A stretch of 64,000 nucleotides of DNA from contig NW_027272185.1 of NCBI RefSeq assembly GCF_040938485.1, positions 434,001 through 498,000 on the forward strand, in the 5' to 3' direction. Under the pieces are notes generated by a model that was not told the origin of the DNA, did no database searches, and saw nothing but the letters and a program-made list of their open reading frames with translations. This stretch comes from Diadema antillarum (Eukaryota). Shown one piece after another: positions 35,575 through 49,086 of the stretch (the stretch's first letter is position 1; the number at the start of each line of letters is the position of its first letter). Made by a program: the position numbers and the translations under genes.

Positions 35575-36698
35575 CTGATTGGCCAGAAAATAATGCACAA
35601 GAATGACCATGGTCATTAAACAAATAAAAACAATAGCATTTTTTTTAATCAATAAATTGTTATAGAGTCATTTTCGTTGTTGACAATAATTCAGACGAAA
35701 CAATGACCTTGACAGTCTAAATTAGCGTAATTTTATCGGGACAAAATACTACCGCATGTACCTGAATGTCTAAGGTAACCCGGCTATCCCAGATATGACA
35801 CTGACAGAATTTAATGAAGCCGAAACTATGAATAGTAACTCACAACAATATTGGGCATTTGCGGTTTGCCATTCGGTTAGATTCGCGTTCCTTTGAAATG
35901 GCATGGCCTTGAAATACAAAGAAATGTAAAGTACTTGGTGTCCATGTGTGTGTTATCAGTCTTGATCACATACAAATCTTTTCAGATCAGCAAATCTGTA
36001 CGAAAATGTAGAGGTTGGATAACAGGTAGCGTATCAGATCAGTAACTCATTAAGGATAATAATATGGTGTATGAGAGCTCCTCATCACGACAATGATATC
36101 TGGTAAATGAAATGGATGAAGCGGATCACCAAATGCACCCAAAACGCCCAAGCAACCGCGACGCACATGCGTGTTGACGAATTAATGAATCAACAGGGAA
36201 AAGCTACTTGAAAATGCTCCTGTGAGCGAGCGGAGCGACCGATCACGGGCGGGGGCTGGGGGGACTTGGGGATGTGAGGAGGGGAGGTTGGTCGGGAACT
36301 TACGTTTAGGGGGCTGAAGTAGTGCGATTTTGTACATGCATGCCATGTACACTAGTCACTAACATTTTACGGTCAATGAGTGAAGATGGCCACAGACATC
36401 ATTTTGGAGCCTGTTTGATCAACATTTTGACAGATCATAAGTGAGTCAGGAGTGAATGAGGTATACTATCTTAATTATTTCAGGGCATATTTTAATCATT
36501 CATTTACGTTGAAATTGAAATTAAAGCAATGCTTCAAGACGTAAACTAAACTACTAAACATGGGTTGTGGTGCAGGCGGCATAGAAAGTTCTCAGTGGTC
36601 TTTCGGGGACAATATTATGAATTTTCCAGAAAGTTGTGAAACAAAAAACAATTATGCTTCCTGTTTTTGTTTTTCTGGTCTTTTCCCTTTTCACTCAC

Positions 36699-36886
36699 AG
36701 TATGAGCGATGCGTCCATTTCTCTTGGATGAAATTTATTTTCCAAGGGCGTTCCCTTAACTTTGGCCGCCATGTCGGCTTCGAAGGCTGTGAGGTTAAAG
36801 TCTTTCATCAGCCTCGGCATCTTAAAGCCCATCCTGGTGTACAGGAAGTCGACGAAGAAGGCGTGACAGTACGGCTCGCACCATGC
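36699..36886 (-). CDS. Sulfotransferase-like protein, exon 2 of 3
   Basis: cag|AWCEPYCHAF...REMDASLI+CT|gtgagt. 188 bp, phase 0 to phase 2, with an xEPY motif. Confidence 0.85.
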
Positions 36887-37989
36887 CTGGCAGAAATAAT
36901 CAAAATATAAGAACGGGAGGAAGAAATAAAAATTAAAAATCAAGAGAATAAGCAAAACTCAGAATGGGGAGGCTCTTCAAAGACCACGGAAATTTGTCAA
37001 TTGCAAAAAGATACTTTGTTAAAGCAATATTCAATGCTCATTAAGAAAGATTGTCTCACTGAAACAAACACAGAGGAAATATTGCTAGGTAGGGCAAACT
37101 TCCGACAAGCTTTATGGTTTTTACGGGCAACTTTTGTGAATAATACATGCATAAAATTCTAATCATTAAAGAACCGGCCAACTGACCATAGTTATCTTAG
37201 CGAGGAAACTACATACGCCCCATGTCTTGCGAAATTTAACTTTCATTTTCGATAGAATACACACCATCAGAGCCGTGAAAGCAATGTTTTGACGAAACGA
37301 TTATCCTAGATTCGAACATAATATTATAAGCAACTCAAATCCGGAAAGAAGCATCATCGATCAGAAAATCAATCCCTTGTTCTAACCAAGCTGAGAAAAT
37401 CACGGTAGTCATGGTAGCTATACTTGTGTGTGTGAAATTACATATGAATAGGAAGCCTCTTCACTTGTTTACTATACACACAACCAATGTCACTCCTTGG
37501 TTAAAACATGAACCTACTAGATAAGTGAACTATCATCACCGCCGCCATCTAATTATGTGCTTCTTAAGGAGTACGTTGAGATATTTGGACAATTACGATT
37601 GTATGATCGTGTATCGTCACTGACAAAAGAACTGTTTCCCTCATTTCGATCTTATTTGGCTGAGGTCCCTTTTCAGGCCCAACTGCCTTTGAATAAACAC
37701 TGAAAATGGGGATCAACACATTTTTTGTCCATCCATAGAACACTGGCAGCTGTCTGCAACGTTGCGCATGCGTGTCGAGTATATCAAAGGAATGTTACCA
37801 CGGTTGCGTTCTAATAGAAGGGTTGTCGGGGTAATGTCGGTGTAAATACTCTAGCTACGGCTAGGGTAGAATTAGGCAAGAATCACCGCGACAACGTCCA
37901 AGCAACATTTTGCGAGGACCGGTTTAACAGGCAGGGCTGGGGGAAAAAGATTACCTGGACGCTACCCGGGGAATCGGGGAATCGATTCG

Positions 37990-38350
37990 GGGAAGCTTTC
38001 CAGTCTCCAGTTGGTAGCGACGACGTCTCCTTCTAGTAGCGGCCAAGTTGTGGAGATTATTTTATTCGCTATACACGTATGTAGGTCTCCGAGACGTCTC
38101 CGCGACTTATGCGGAGACCCATTAACTGGGACCTACGGGAGACGTCGCGGAGAAGTGTCCGCGACTCAGAAGACGTCCCGCAGATGTGGCGGCGACGTCT
38201 CCGCGACTCCCGGACGAATAAATTATCATCTTATTTGAAGACGTCTCTGAAATCGCCGTGGAGTTATAGTCGCCTTCTTGGTGAGAGCGCAAGCCATTTT
38301 TGGTCTGTCGAGTCGCACGAGTGGCGGCTGCAGTCGCGACGAAGTCTCCA
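37990..38350. repeat. GC-rich repeat built from GAGACGTC/GTCGCGGA inverted motifs (intronic, MITE-like)
   Basis: Many copies of gagacgtc, gacgtctccgcgac and gtcgcggaga on both strands. Ends not resolved. Confidence 0.5.
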
Positions 38351-40227
38351 GTGATCACCGAGATACGCCTTTTAATACACATGCATGTCAATACCTGGAA
38401 ATCACCTATAATTTGCACGGCTAACTTGGTGCTACGTCGGGAAAAACTTGGAAGCACTTTGAGCAAAGATTCTGGCTGACAGGAGCAACCTTCGGTATTG
38501 CATGATATGCTGGTATACCATAGGGCCTATATCGTTCGTTACGTCATGGACCTACTACACATGGGCACTCATCATTTCCTAAAAATGCATGTCTTTGTCT
38601 ACGTCAAAAGTGTCACAAAAACATTTTAAACATTCTTCCCTGCTTTGATCTCATGATCTCCGCCGCCGGCAAACCGGGGCAAAACACAACGCAGCTTTGA
38701 AAAATCTATAAACTGGAAATGCGCAGAAGATAACAACTTCCTTAAATCAAGGAAAATGTATGTGCAGTTGTGGTATGTATTGGTATGTCACCGCACAGAC
38801 ATTTTCATCAGCGAAATGCAGGTACTTTTGAAGAGAAAGCCAAGTTTTTTGCTAATTGATCATGTCATTTGTCATCTCATTTTCCACCTTTTCCGCACAT
38901 TTTTCCAGAGTAAAAACAGATAGTAAGGGAAGAGGATATATGTCTGTCTTACTATTAGGCAAGGTCATAATGTGTGAGCGCTAGAGAGCAAATTGGTAAT
39001 TTCCAATCCAATGAAAGGAGATAAGTCATGTTCTGAGGTTTGCTGCTTCTCATCATTAGCGTTTATTCTTCTTCTTCTTCTTCCTATACTGTGCAGAACC
39101 TCCTAAGAGTATAGACGTTTCAGACCGAAAAAGGCGCATCAGCCAAATAAGACCGGAATAAGGGAAACAATTCTATTGTCAGTGACGATGCATGGTTATG
39201 CAGTCACCATTTTTGAGACACCTGTATGTATACTCATTGAAATGCGCATAGTCAGGTGGCGGCGGATCTCGCACTTCGAAGTGTTAGGTTTCGTTGAAAG
39301 TACATGTACATTCGTTAATAGGTCTATGGTTACGTGCACAGAATTCATCAATTTTATGTTTAAACGAACGAGTCTTGATTATTGTATTCATGGTGTATAT
39401 CCAATAGAGATTTCCCTGTCTTATCATACTCCTGGCCAAATATTTGAAGGAGACCTCCGGATGATTTTCAGATTTTTGCATTTGAACAACTATAAATTAG
39501 TTATACTGAAGACAGAGTTTCAGAATTTGTGATAATTGGGATGAAGAATAAGAATATTTTCAAAACTTAGAACAAATTGCAATGAACAAGGATGATGACA
39601 TGGCAGAGTCACCATAAGAATGCATGAGTTGGGGCTAAAGGAACCAGCACAAAAGAAGAAGGCATGCATAGATTATACACAGGTGAACTCGCAAGCAAGC
39701 AGTATTGTAATGGAATTACACTGCTACATTTCTGAAATATGTGAACCTCCTATATGTCATCATCCTTGTTCAGTGTAATTTGTTTAAGGTTTTTCAAACT
39801 ATTGTTTCTCTGCTCAAGAACCACAATAAATTCCACAAATCTATACATGGAGTTGTCGATTTATGTACTACATGATGTGAAATTATGAAAATCGTCTGGA
39901 ATGTCCCTTTAATGATATTTCCCGCGATAATAGGTCAAACCTGCTATCTTTACAATTACTGTCTTCGTAAATAACGTGTCAAACATATTCCAATACTTGA
40001 TAATTATTGTGTAGTTTGGATACCTTGGTTCCCACAATCATGTGGAGTGCAAGCACTTTGGTTGCCAGTATCGATTTTTGTTATACACGAAAATCTGGCA
40101 TAAAGTTTAATTGTATATTGTTAACCGCATTGCCTGTCACTAATGATAGTTCGCAGGGTATTCGATGCGACAGACTATGTACTTAATACTATTGTCTGTG
40201 GAATATCTCCAGACCAATACTTCTTAC

Positions 40228-40326
40228 CTGAGTGTTCGGTTGGAAACTTAAGCACTTGAGGATGCAAGTAGAGATTGATCGTGGTACGCCCCAGATGATC
40301 ACACGAAAAGTCTTCTCGTCCGCCAT
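40228..40326 (-). CDS. Sulfotransferase-like protein, exon 1 of 3 (gene join 40228-40326, 36699-36886, 34938-35574; 307 aa)
   Basis: Read manually: MADEKTFRVIIWGVPRSISTCILKCLSFQPNTQ then a GTAAGA donor (phase 0). WxxPRSxST resembles the sulfotransferase 5'-PSB loop. Confidence 0.85.
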
Positions 40327-42688
40327 GTTGGAGTCTAGTGTGTTCTTCGAGTCTACGCGTCTATAATTATAAGATAAGGAGGAAGACCGAAATTTAATTG
40401 TCAGCTAACCCTACGCAGGACTTCATCACTGGTAACAGACTAGCTGCCACAATGTCATTTTATTTCCAGACACGGACTTTTAGTTTTAGGCACGACACTG
40501 GTTTGCTTTGTACACGCCACTAGCTGCGTCCCATAAATACATGAAGTTATGTTCTCGGGAAGTATCTTATAGGCCTATAATAGATAGATTTTCGCGATCG
40601 ACGCGGACGTTCAGAGGAAAAAAACCTGTTCTGCGCATGCGCAAATTTGCTTATCAAAATCGATCTCTCGTTGTCTGAGTTTTCACGGTCGGTGCTGGGC
40701 CATTTTTGCGTCCGCTCGAATTCACGACGCAGAGAGCTACTTGATGCACTGATCAATATGGTGGCGCCATTTTTACTTATTTGTATAGGTTACGTCTTTG
40801 CACAATCTAATGCCAGTACTTTGCAACACGACGCAGGGAGAGAGGACGGCCAGCGCAATCGTCGCCTAAACGTCCGCGTCGCAAATCTAAAGCTCGTAGG
40901 TTTACCGGATATTCTTTTCGGTGCAAATGTATTGTTTCCCCGCCTCCTTCATCTTATATCCAAAGGTAGTGTTGATTATCGGCGACGGGTTCAGGAGACA
41001 AGGAACTTTCGTGGTATATGCTACAGGCATCACACAGCATCCAGGTTTAAAATGCCATTTAGCAAATCTCAAAAAGACATACCAGATGTGTGTGACAACC
41101 CTTTAGTATTGCAGTGTCTAGAATCGAGACTACAAACATGCACATTATATCATCTACAATTTGCATGTCATCGACACTTGCATGTTATCTACACTTTGCA
41201 TGTTGACAAGCACGTCATTGTGGGCCTTTTATCAGGGTCCTCTCGCTGTAACGGGCGAGCGAAGCGACAACATATAGCGCTCGATCGCGCAACCCCACTC
41301 GGGTATAGGCTCTCTTCACCATACAGCGAGAGGGCCTTGACAAAAGGCTACGTTAATATATTCATTACTACTCAGAAATTCAGAATGAGACCGTATGAGA
41401 CTTGTAAGCAAAGTCTTCTGAACTGTAGGCCTGCAATCACTGACTCGACCCGAATCACTCAGTCGCGTGAAGTATGTGTGACTGTATGACTGATGAGATT
41501 GTTCTGTACGTGGTTTGAGAAAGCAGTAGAATCCAGGCGAGAAAGCGAAGCGATCGACCAATCAGGAGAATGGGGGGGGGGGGGGTGGTAGTTGCCTACT
41601 TCCCTGAGGGAAAATGTGAAATTTGATAAGTAAAATGACTCGGGCTACTTAGAGGTCCCATTTCATTTTCAATGATCATCAATTGATGAGACTGCTGGAT
41701 GAATTCCGGACATCAGTCAGTTTTACTTAATTGTAACAATCATGCATAAGACCAGAAATAAATTAACATGTCCTCATTCAAGATGAAGGACAACAATAAT
41801 GTTACAATTTGCATTAAGTTGCTTCAAGGGAAAATCATAACTGTTTGAAAAAGTAAACATAATTGTGTTTTTAGCGAAAACTGTTCAAGTACGTGAGAGG
41901 TGATAAAACCACTCCGCCGAGTGAGTACATTGTACATAGGCCTATGAGCCAAGATATGGTTTCTTTTGAACACGTATTGTGTTGAAATGTTTTTGGTAAT
42001 TCATTCGCCGGCCGGTAAAAGGGGTACATGAAAATTCTACGTTAAAAGCTTCGTGAGGGGAGATGTTAACTGTGCGTTGGAATGCTTCAATGTTTCCCAC
42101 TGAACTTTTCATTAGTTGGAAAAAAAGACAAGTCCCGCTTCCATGGGAAACGTTAAGGGTGACAATGGGGAGGGAAGATCTTGCTCTGTATCACAATGGA
42201 TGTCTAAGGTGGAGGTGGGTGGGAGGTACAAAGACTCGCTCTCTAAGGAGTAGACAATCACATAATTATTTTCTATTATTTTCTTCATGCCATCGATATG
42301 TCTGAAAATAAGCACTTAATTCGTTTTTCATAAGACAACCATGCATTCGGTATTTACTTGCCAGTCTGGTGTACCTATATAGCTGCAGCTCGTTCAACCT
42401 ACGTTGTCACTCCCACAGACTTTTCGATGTGGATATCATAACACGCAACCGGGGTAGAAAGTAGGCCTACCCGACCATCATCACAATCATTACATATCAC
42501 GTCATTCCTTGGTGCTATTTTGGCTTTGCTCAGTGAGAAGATGGCAGAGGTAATTTTTCAAAACTGGAAGGCCTATATGGACACACTTCATTGTCTTTCT
42601 TTCTAAGTTTTGTGGTTTTTTTTTTTTTTTTTTTGTTCTTGCGTCCATGTTAACCAAACGAAACAAAATCCACCTCCAAACCCTAAGG

Positions 42689-42971
42689 GGTGCTGTTCGT
42701 TATTCCGAAGGTTCGCTATTCCGATGGTTCGTTATTCCGAAGGGTCGTTAATCCGAAACACACAAATTCCCTATACCTTGAGGTTCGTTAATCCGAAAAT
42801 GAAACAGGGTTCGTTAATCCGAACATTATTGTGGCGTTATACCGAAGGTTCGTTATTCCGAAGATTCGTTAATCAGAAAATGAAATTCGGAACAATGAAC
42901 CTTCGGAATAACGAGTCTTCGGACTAAAGAGCCTTCGGAATAACGAACCTTCGGAATAACGAGCTGTAACC
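42689..42971. mobile_element. MITE built of ~16-bp GTTCGTTATTCCGAAG repeats
   Basis: Forward units on the left and reverse-complement units on the right. The terminal IR core is tcgttattccgaaggttcg / cgaaccttcggaataacga. Confidence 0.75.
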
Positions 42972-43025
42972 AACCTAAGTACGTTGCAAGTTTTGCAACC
43001 CATATGATACACAAACGCGCATAAT

Positions 43026-43028
<3 letters not shown>

Positions 43029-43060
<32 letters not shown>
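43029..43060. repeat. (CA)n microsatellite
   Basis: Direct reading. Confidence 0.95.
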
Positions 43061-43063
<3 letters not shown>

Positions 43064-43448
43064 ATGATATTTTACGATGACGCACTCAAACACCTGTTGT
43101 TTATTATTTCCACCGTTTGGGTTTCGATTCTCATTGTAGATGTATACTCGCGAATGGTGATTATGAACACATTGTCTGAGAATTTTCAATAGTGTAGGCT
43201 GCAGTCTGCAGTACTTTTGCCCTTTGCGTGCCGACAAATAAAAAAAATGAAATATAAGATGAGACATCGCCGAAAGTGTGACGTGTGGAATGTTAGGAGA
43301 AAGTCGGCATTCGTCTGTAATTATTCGTCCGTGTTGACGTCCTTCTGTGCCCATGGATTGTGCTGACCATTTGCTTGGGATTTGAAGAATTTGGCAGACT
43401 CGTTTCAACTCAAAATGTTTCCACACGTACAGTCAATAAAAAAACTAC

Positions 43449-43454
43449 ATATAT

Positions 43455-43526
<72 letters not shown>
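43449..43526. repeat. (TA)n microsatellite
   Basis: Direct reading, one interruption. Confidence 0.95.
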
Positions 43527-43529
<3 letters not shown>

Positions 43530-44778
43530 GTACCCTTATGCGCCCAAAAGGTGTTTCCAATGTCCTTTTTTTTATAGCGATGGTTATGGCACAAATAGGC
43601 CTACTGACAATGACAGGATTGTTCAGGGACACATTATAATAACTTCCAACTTTTCAGCGGCTCTGAACCTTAACAAACAATCGCACGATAGGTCTCATCG
43701 GCATTCACATCTACATTAATTAGAAGTTTGAACATCTAAAGTTTGTTTGTTTGTGGTGCAACAGAGTTGTGAGGGACAGACCACTTAACAAAATACACGT
43801 ACATTAAAGAATAAAAAAACAAACAAACATGTTGATTAAGCATCAGCATCCGTTATTCATAATCATGCAACTCATTAATCAGCTCTAGTCAAACATGTCA
43901 CCACTTTAAAGTCTCCGTTTAGACTTTTCACAGAGTATTTCCTTCAAGAGATTACTTCAGGCACAAACACATGTTGATTTAAAGAGGTGCAGGTAAATCT
44001 GGCGTCTATAAGTTTTCTTTATTACCTCCTCAGTATTTCAAACACAAACACACAGTCATTCTTTAATACGCATACATTCATCTATAGACACATGCGGAGT
44101 CTTTCACACAAACAGAATGTTTATCAAATTGAATGAAATTGAGGAAGAACCGGTCGAGTTGATGGTGTAAGGACGAGGTCTGTTCATCGATCGGGATTGG
44201 GTTGTTAGGGAGGTGACCGCTATATAATGGGTCTATAATACAGCAATTTCATAGGGTGGCCGCTATAGACAGGTGGCTGTTATAAGCAGGTGGCCGCTAT
44301 AGAAAGGTGGCCGCTAGCTTCTCATTTTGTATCCCGTAGTGAAAATCTACCTGCGTATTAGCGCGGCCACAAAAATTAAGCTGACCGTGAAATCAGACAA
44401 GAATACGTTGGCTTTTACGTTGATTGCGTGAATTGTACCCAGTTGTAGCTCAGCCACAATTGCACACAGATGATATTTTTATGATTTCCCTCGCCGTGAA
44501 AAGCCGTCTTACCACTAACTTGACTAGATCTAGGCTCCAGTAATGCCGCCCTGAATAGATATGCTACAAAGGCAAAGACAGCTCCTAATAACATCTTATA
44601 GAATTTTACCAAAATGCCGACTGATTAGTGATTAAAATCCCTTTGAATAAGGACAATAGGGTACTTGTTTGGGTATTGTTTCACATCAACTTCGCACAGC
44701 ATCAATCCCCTCTAACTCACTCATTAACCCCATTCATGCAAACAGGTACCAACACGGTGCAGTTCTTTAAAAATTAAC

Positions 44779-44920
44779 NNNNNNNNNNNNNNNNNNNNNN
44801 NNNNNNNNNNNNNNNNNNNNNNNNNNNNNNNNNNNNNNNNNNNNNNNNNNNNNNNNNNNNNNNNNNNNNNNNNNNNNNNNNNNNNNNNNNNNNNNNNNNN
44901 NNNNNNNNNNNNNNNNNNNN
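44779..44920. other. Assembly gap (142 N)
   Basis: Run of N. Confidence 1.
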
Positions 44921-45204
44921 GTAAACAAAATGATGTAAATTGTACTAAAAAAATTGTTACAGCTTCACGTGCAAACTTATTAGCTGTTTTGTTGCTGTTG
45001 TTTTCTAAGAATAACATTGTGAAAATCATGTCCGGAATTATAATGTGATTTTATACACTATGCTAAAGGATATCTTTTTGCAGAGGGGTTAACTTGAAGT
45101 CAGTTTTCAAAAAAATGGAGTGAATAAATACGTACATAATTTTGCAAAATTCGTAATTTTCAGGACTTTGTGAATAGCTAGTGCTATTTCTGGCCGAAAT
45201 TTAA

Positions 45205-45973
45205 CCCTATTCTAACTGGGCTATTTGAGACCAAGTTTTTACTGACGGGGGTCAATTTGACCCCCCCTTCAGATCTTGGCCACCGATCGCGCGATCGCCG
45301 CGAAATTTTGCCTGAAGATAGAGCTGGATGTCAACTACAAGAATACATGGTCATACAATAGAAAAATATTGCCTTTCTACTTTTAATAAATTAATTATGC
45401 AAATTTGTGCATGAAATCATATTTTCACCTAAAACTCCATTAAAAAGACGAGAGGATTGCTAAATTTTTGTGTCAGAAATCCTCATGACACATCAAACAA
45501 TTTTCGTGTAATAAAATAGCAAAATTGAAATCAATTTCTTTTGTTTTTTATTGTTTTGTTAATTTTTTATGTATTTTATTGTTTTTTCGACCTTTTGTTT
45601 TCTTTTCTTTTTTTCGCCAAAATATGTTGCAGGCACTTCTTCAGGCTTATCTACACCAGAATTGATTAATTTCAATGGTTAAAAGTTGAAATAATCTAAA
45701 TTATATCAATTTAACCAAAAACACAATTTGCATTGGATTTGCATACGATATCATGAATTTGAGCTGTTTTTTGGTTGACATGCATATCCCAAACATTACG
45801 TAACTTCAAAACGGTGTACCCAGACATCGCAAATTTGGTCTCAAAATATGCGGGAGACTTCAATGAAAAAAGTCGTGAAACGACGCGGCAAAATCTTTGC
45901 CCGTTGCGAAATCCTGGCGCAAAACGTCGAGGGGGGGGGGGGTCAATTTGACCCCCTCCCAGTTAGAATAGGG
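45205..45973. mobile_element. piggyBac-like MITE (TTAA target)
   Basis: TTAA|CCCTATTCTAACTGGG...CCCAGTTAGAATAGGG|TTAA, a 16-bp perfect TIR. Confidence 0.85.
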
Positions 45974-46584
45974 TTAATCCTCCCAGTACGGCATTCAAAG
46001 CCACCAGAATAAAAAAGCCTCCGGTGATACCATCTACTCTCCTACGTGCACTACACTAAGTACATATTATATGTGTACATGCACTCATTTGAGAAAAGAA
46101 AATTATCACACAGACAGCCTATACAGTGTCAGCTATATCCTATTCGTGTGCTGCTATCATACCCAGATAATGACTGCATAGGATTATATGAATAATGCAT
46201 ATGACTTCTCCGTCTCTTTCTCTGTACACCTCTGCACGATGGTCACACTTGCATACCTGTACATAAACTAGATACGAGAACTCAATTCACCCATCTGTAT
46301 ATAGCTGTATATAAGTGTATGTGTACTTGATTTAGGAAACAAAACACATGGAAAATACATACAGTACAATATATAAATGCTATTCTGTAGCCATATGTGG
46401 TTTATTTCTGTAAGAGGTGCATGACGGGTCCATACAAGTTTTTATCCACGAATGACCTCTGTCATCAATCTGACGTACAGGCACACACACCAAAGAATGT
46501 GACAAATACAGCACATTGTACAGTATCAAAATTTCCTACCCAAGTTAAAAAACAAACAAACAACAACTTTAATAAATCCATCTA

Positions 46585-47106
46585 CAGTTGAACCTGCCTT
46601 AGCGGCCACCTGTCTATAACGGCCACTGAAGAATCCCCCCGACAGAAAAGCCCTGTTTAAGACCCTGTGTATAGCGGCCACCTGTCTAACGCGGCCAGCG
46701 GCCACAACTTTTGTTTCCCGTGGTATACTTTAAATTGTCTAAAGCGGCCAAAGAAACGACGGAGCCGTAGCCGAGCAGATAATTCAGCGTGTTTTGCCGC
46801 TTTGTAGCCGTGCCACTTATTCCTGGGCAACGTTCAGTGATCACCCTCGCTTCAGTCATCACTCATTCAGTCATAACAATGCACTGCTTTCTTCAGAATT
46901 GTACACATGCTACTGTGCAACAATTTCATAATCACCATGCATTGTTCAATGCATGAAACACACGTGTGCATATGTACACACATGCATGTTCAATGTGCAT
47001 GTACATGAAGGCTATGCACTTGGATAACCCGTCTATAGCGGCCACCTGTCTATAACAGCCACTTTTTTCGTCTCCCTTGGGTGGCCGCTATAGACAGGTT
47101 TGACTG
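46585..47106. mobile_element. Tc1/mariner-type MITE (TA TSD)
   Basis: TA|CAGTTGAACCTG...CAGGTTTGACTG|TA, with repeated gcggccacctgtctata units. A truncated relative lies at about 44210-44330. Confidence 0.8.
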
Positions 47107-48289
47107 TATTTAACACTGGGAGCAGTGATTTAAAAAAAATATTTTAATTACCTGTATCACAATTGATGCGTATGTATAATTCAGATGTATTACAAAACAC
47201 CCTACTGTACAAAGATTTTGCAGTAAAGCCGTAAATACATTGTACTGTATAAGGAGACATCACTAATTTTCTCAATATCGGTGATGGTTTACTAGTACAA
47301 ATGTATTCTAGAAACATTTTTTTTTTTATTAAACTACTGTTCATATTTTGAATATTTAACAATACTTAACATTGAATACAGTGATTTACATTTTCATGTT
47401 GATTATTTTTACCCCTAACTCACAATTTAGAACTACAGTGTATTTTGAAGCACTAAACCTGATGTTTTGTTTTGTTTTTGTTTTCATCTGCAAATATTAG
47501 CAAGGCAAACACTGATCATAGATGCTAATTGCAATCCTTGAGAAACTTTGGGGAACACTGGCAGGGCCACCAGAGGAGGCCACAGTGTGATAAAAGTTGT
47601 ATGTGTACTAAACAATGACGGTGAGTCTTCAATGATACACAAGCATAAAATAGCCAGTTCTCCAAGGTGTGTGTGGGTGTGTGTGGGTGTGTTGGGGGGG
47701 GGGGGGACTGGATAGATACTGGTGAAATGTCTCATACATGAACGCCCTTTTTTCATTTTGCAGAAAAGTTTTCAAACTACATGTACATGTATATTAATCT
47801 GTGTAAGAAGATTTAATGATAAACTTGATTATCATAAACTGTTTTTGTGTAGACATGAATGGAAGCTCTGCGTGTGTGTGTGTATGTGCATTTGGGTATT
47901 TGCTTCTCTTTAGTGAAACACACCAGTGTTACACGCCACGGAATTGCACGCAATAGTATGTGTTTTGATAATACACTTTGAGGGCACTTTGCACGTTTTG
48001 TTTCTATTTTTTATTCATCAGGATTCAAGTTTCATTTCCTGGAAACCAGAAACATGTCGTGTGTGTATTGGACTGACATCTCAGGAATACACAAGATGTC
48101 TACAGCCCATATATCTGGACCAGGCAACAACTGGAATCCCTACAGACGCAGGAAAAAACAAACAAACACAACAGCACTTGCGACAATGGACCAGAGGGTC
48201 TTTGCGAGAAATTCATCATGTTCTCATTTGTCTCGTCATTGTCAATGCTCTGCCTGTGATGCCTCATACTTCTGGGGAACTTGTCTTAG

Positions 48290-48374
48290 CCCGTTGAGGA
48301 TGGTTTGATTTTGCTTCAACACACATTTCTCATAGACACCTGCCCGAGTATACTCGGGACTCGTCCTCAACGGG
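48290..48374. mobile_element. 85-bp piggyBac-like mini-MITE
   Basis: TTAG|CCCGTTGAGGA...TCCTCAACGGG|TTAA. Confidence 0.7.
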
Positions 48375-48682
48375 TTAACATAGTCCTCACTAGCTCTGTG
48401 TCATCTGCTGCCAACCACCATCAAATGTGCAAGGTCTGGTAAACAGAAGAGAAGCTTTTGGTCCCTGTCTCAATGCGCAGTCTTGTATACAGTCCATGCA
48501 GGTCCACATTATGATGAAACTTAACTCTTCACCCACCCTTCACAACTTTGACACTGCTTCTCCCCATGCCCTGACCTCAGTCACCGCTGATTTGCATGTG
48601 AAACAAAGTGCTGCAAATCCGAGAGATGCCAGTTCATACAGGCTGTCAGTAGTTTTTCTTGGGAAATCCCAATCAGGGAGCA

Positions 48683-48792
48683 TCATGCTTTAGCGGACCC
48701 TTCAATCCTCTCGTCCGGGGCATTCCCGTCACTGTTCTGGTAGTAGTTTTCATACTTGTACTCGGTGAATGGCACAGTATACGGGATCAGGC
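48683..48792 (-). CDS. MRPS18B: MRPS18B exon 8 (last coding exon)
   Basis: cag|GLIPYTVPFTEYKYENYY...AKA*, phase 1 consistent. Confidence 0.85.
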
Positions 48793-49086
48793 CTGAAAAT
48801 AAAGAAATGTAAGACAACATGAAAGACAGCAAGGATTTTCCAGAGAAAGAAAGTCACTTTCTCATAGTGCAATAACACTTTACAAAAATCAAATGTTATG
48901 TACACGATGTACTTTTTCATCATTTTTATGAATTACATAGCATTTGCAACAATAAAACACAACCGCAATGGTTTACTGCACCTCACTTTTTGTAAAGTTC
49001 ATAATTGTATAAGACGTTGGCAATCAGGGAACAAACAGTTTGCTTTAATATGTAAAGGAACTCGGCTGAGACCAAGTACAATGTAC

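Noticed and set aside
40647-41489. 280-aa plus-strand ORF
   Set aside because: No recognisable domain and random-looking composition. It spans short tandem repeats and a hairpin upstream of an opposite-strand gene.
42689-42971. Regularly spaced 16-bp repeats resembling a CRISPR array
   Set aside because: The repeats are arranged as inverted terminal arrays of a MITE, with irregular short spacers and no cas genes.
42869-43719. ORFs 42869-43426, 43360-43719 and 43405-43632
   Set aside because: Open frames created by (CA)n and (TA)n microsatellites and MITE repeats.
44415-44612. Minus-strand ORF with a signal-peptide-like start (MLLGAVFAFVAYLF) and a GTAAGA donor
   Set aside because: I could not find downstream exons or homology, so it is not supportable as a gene.
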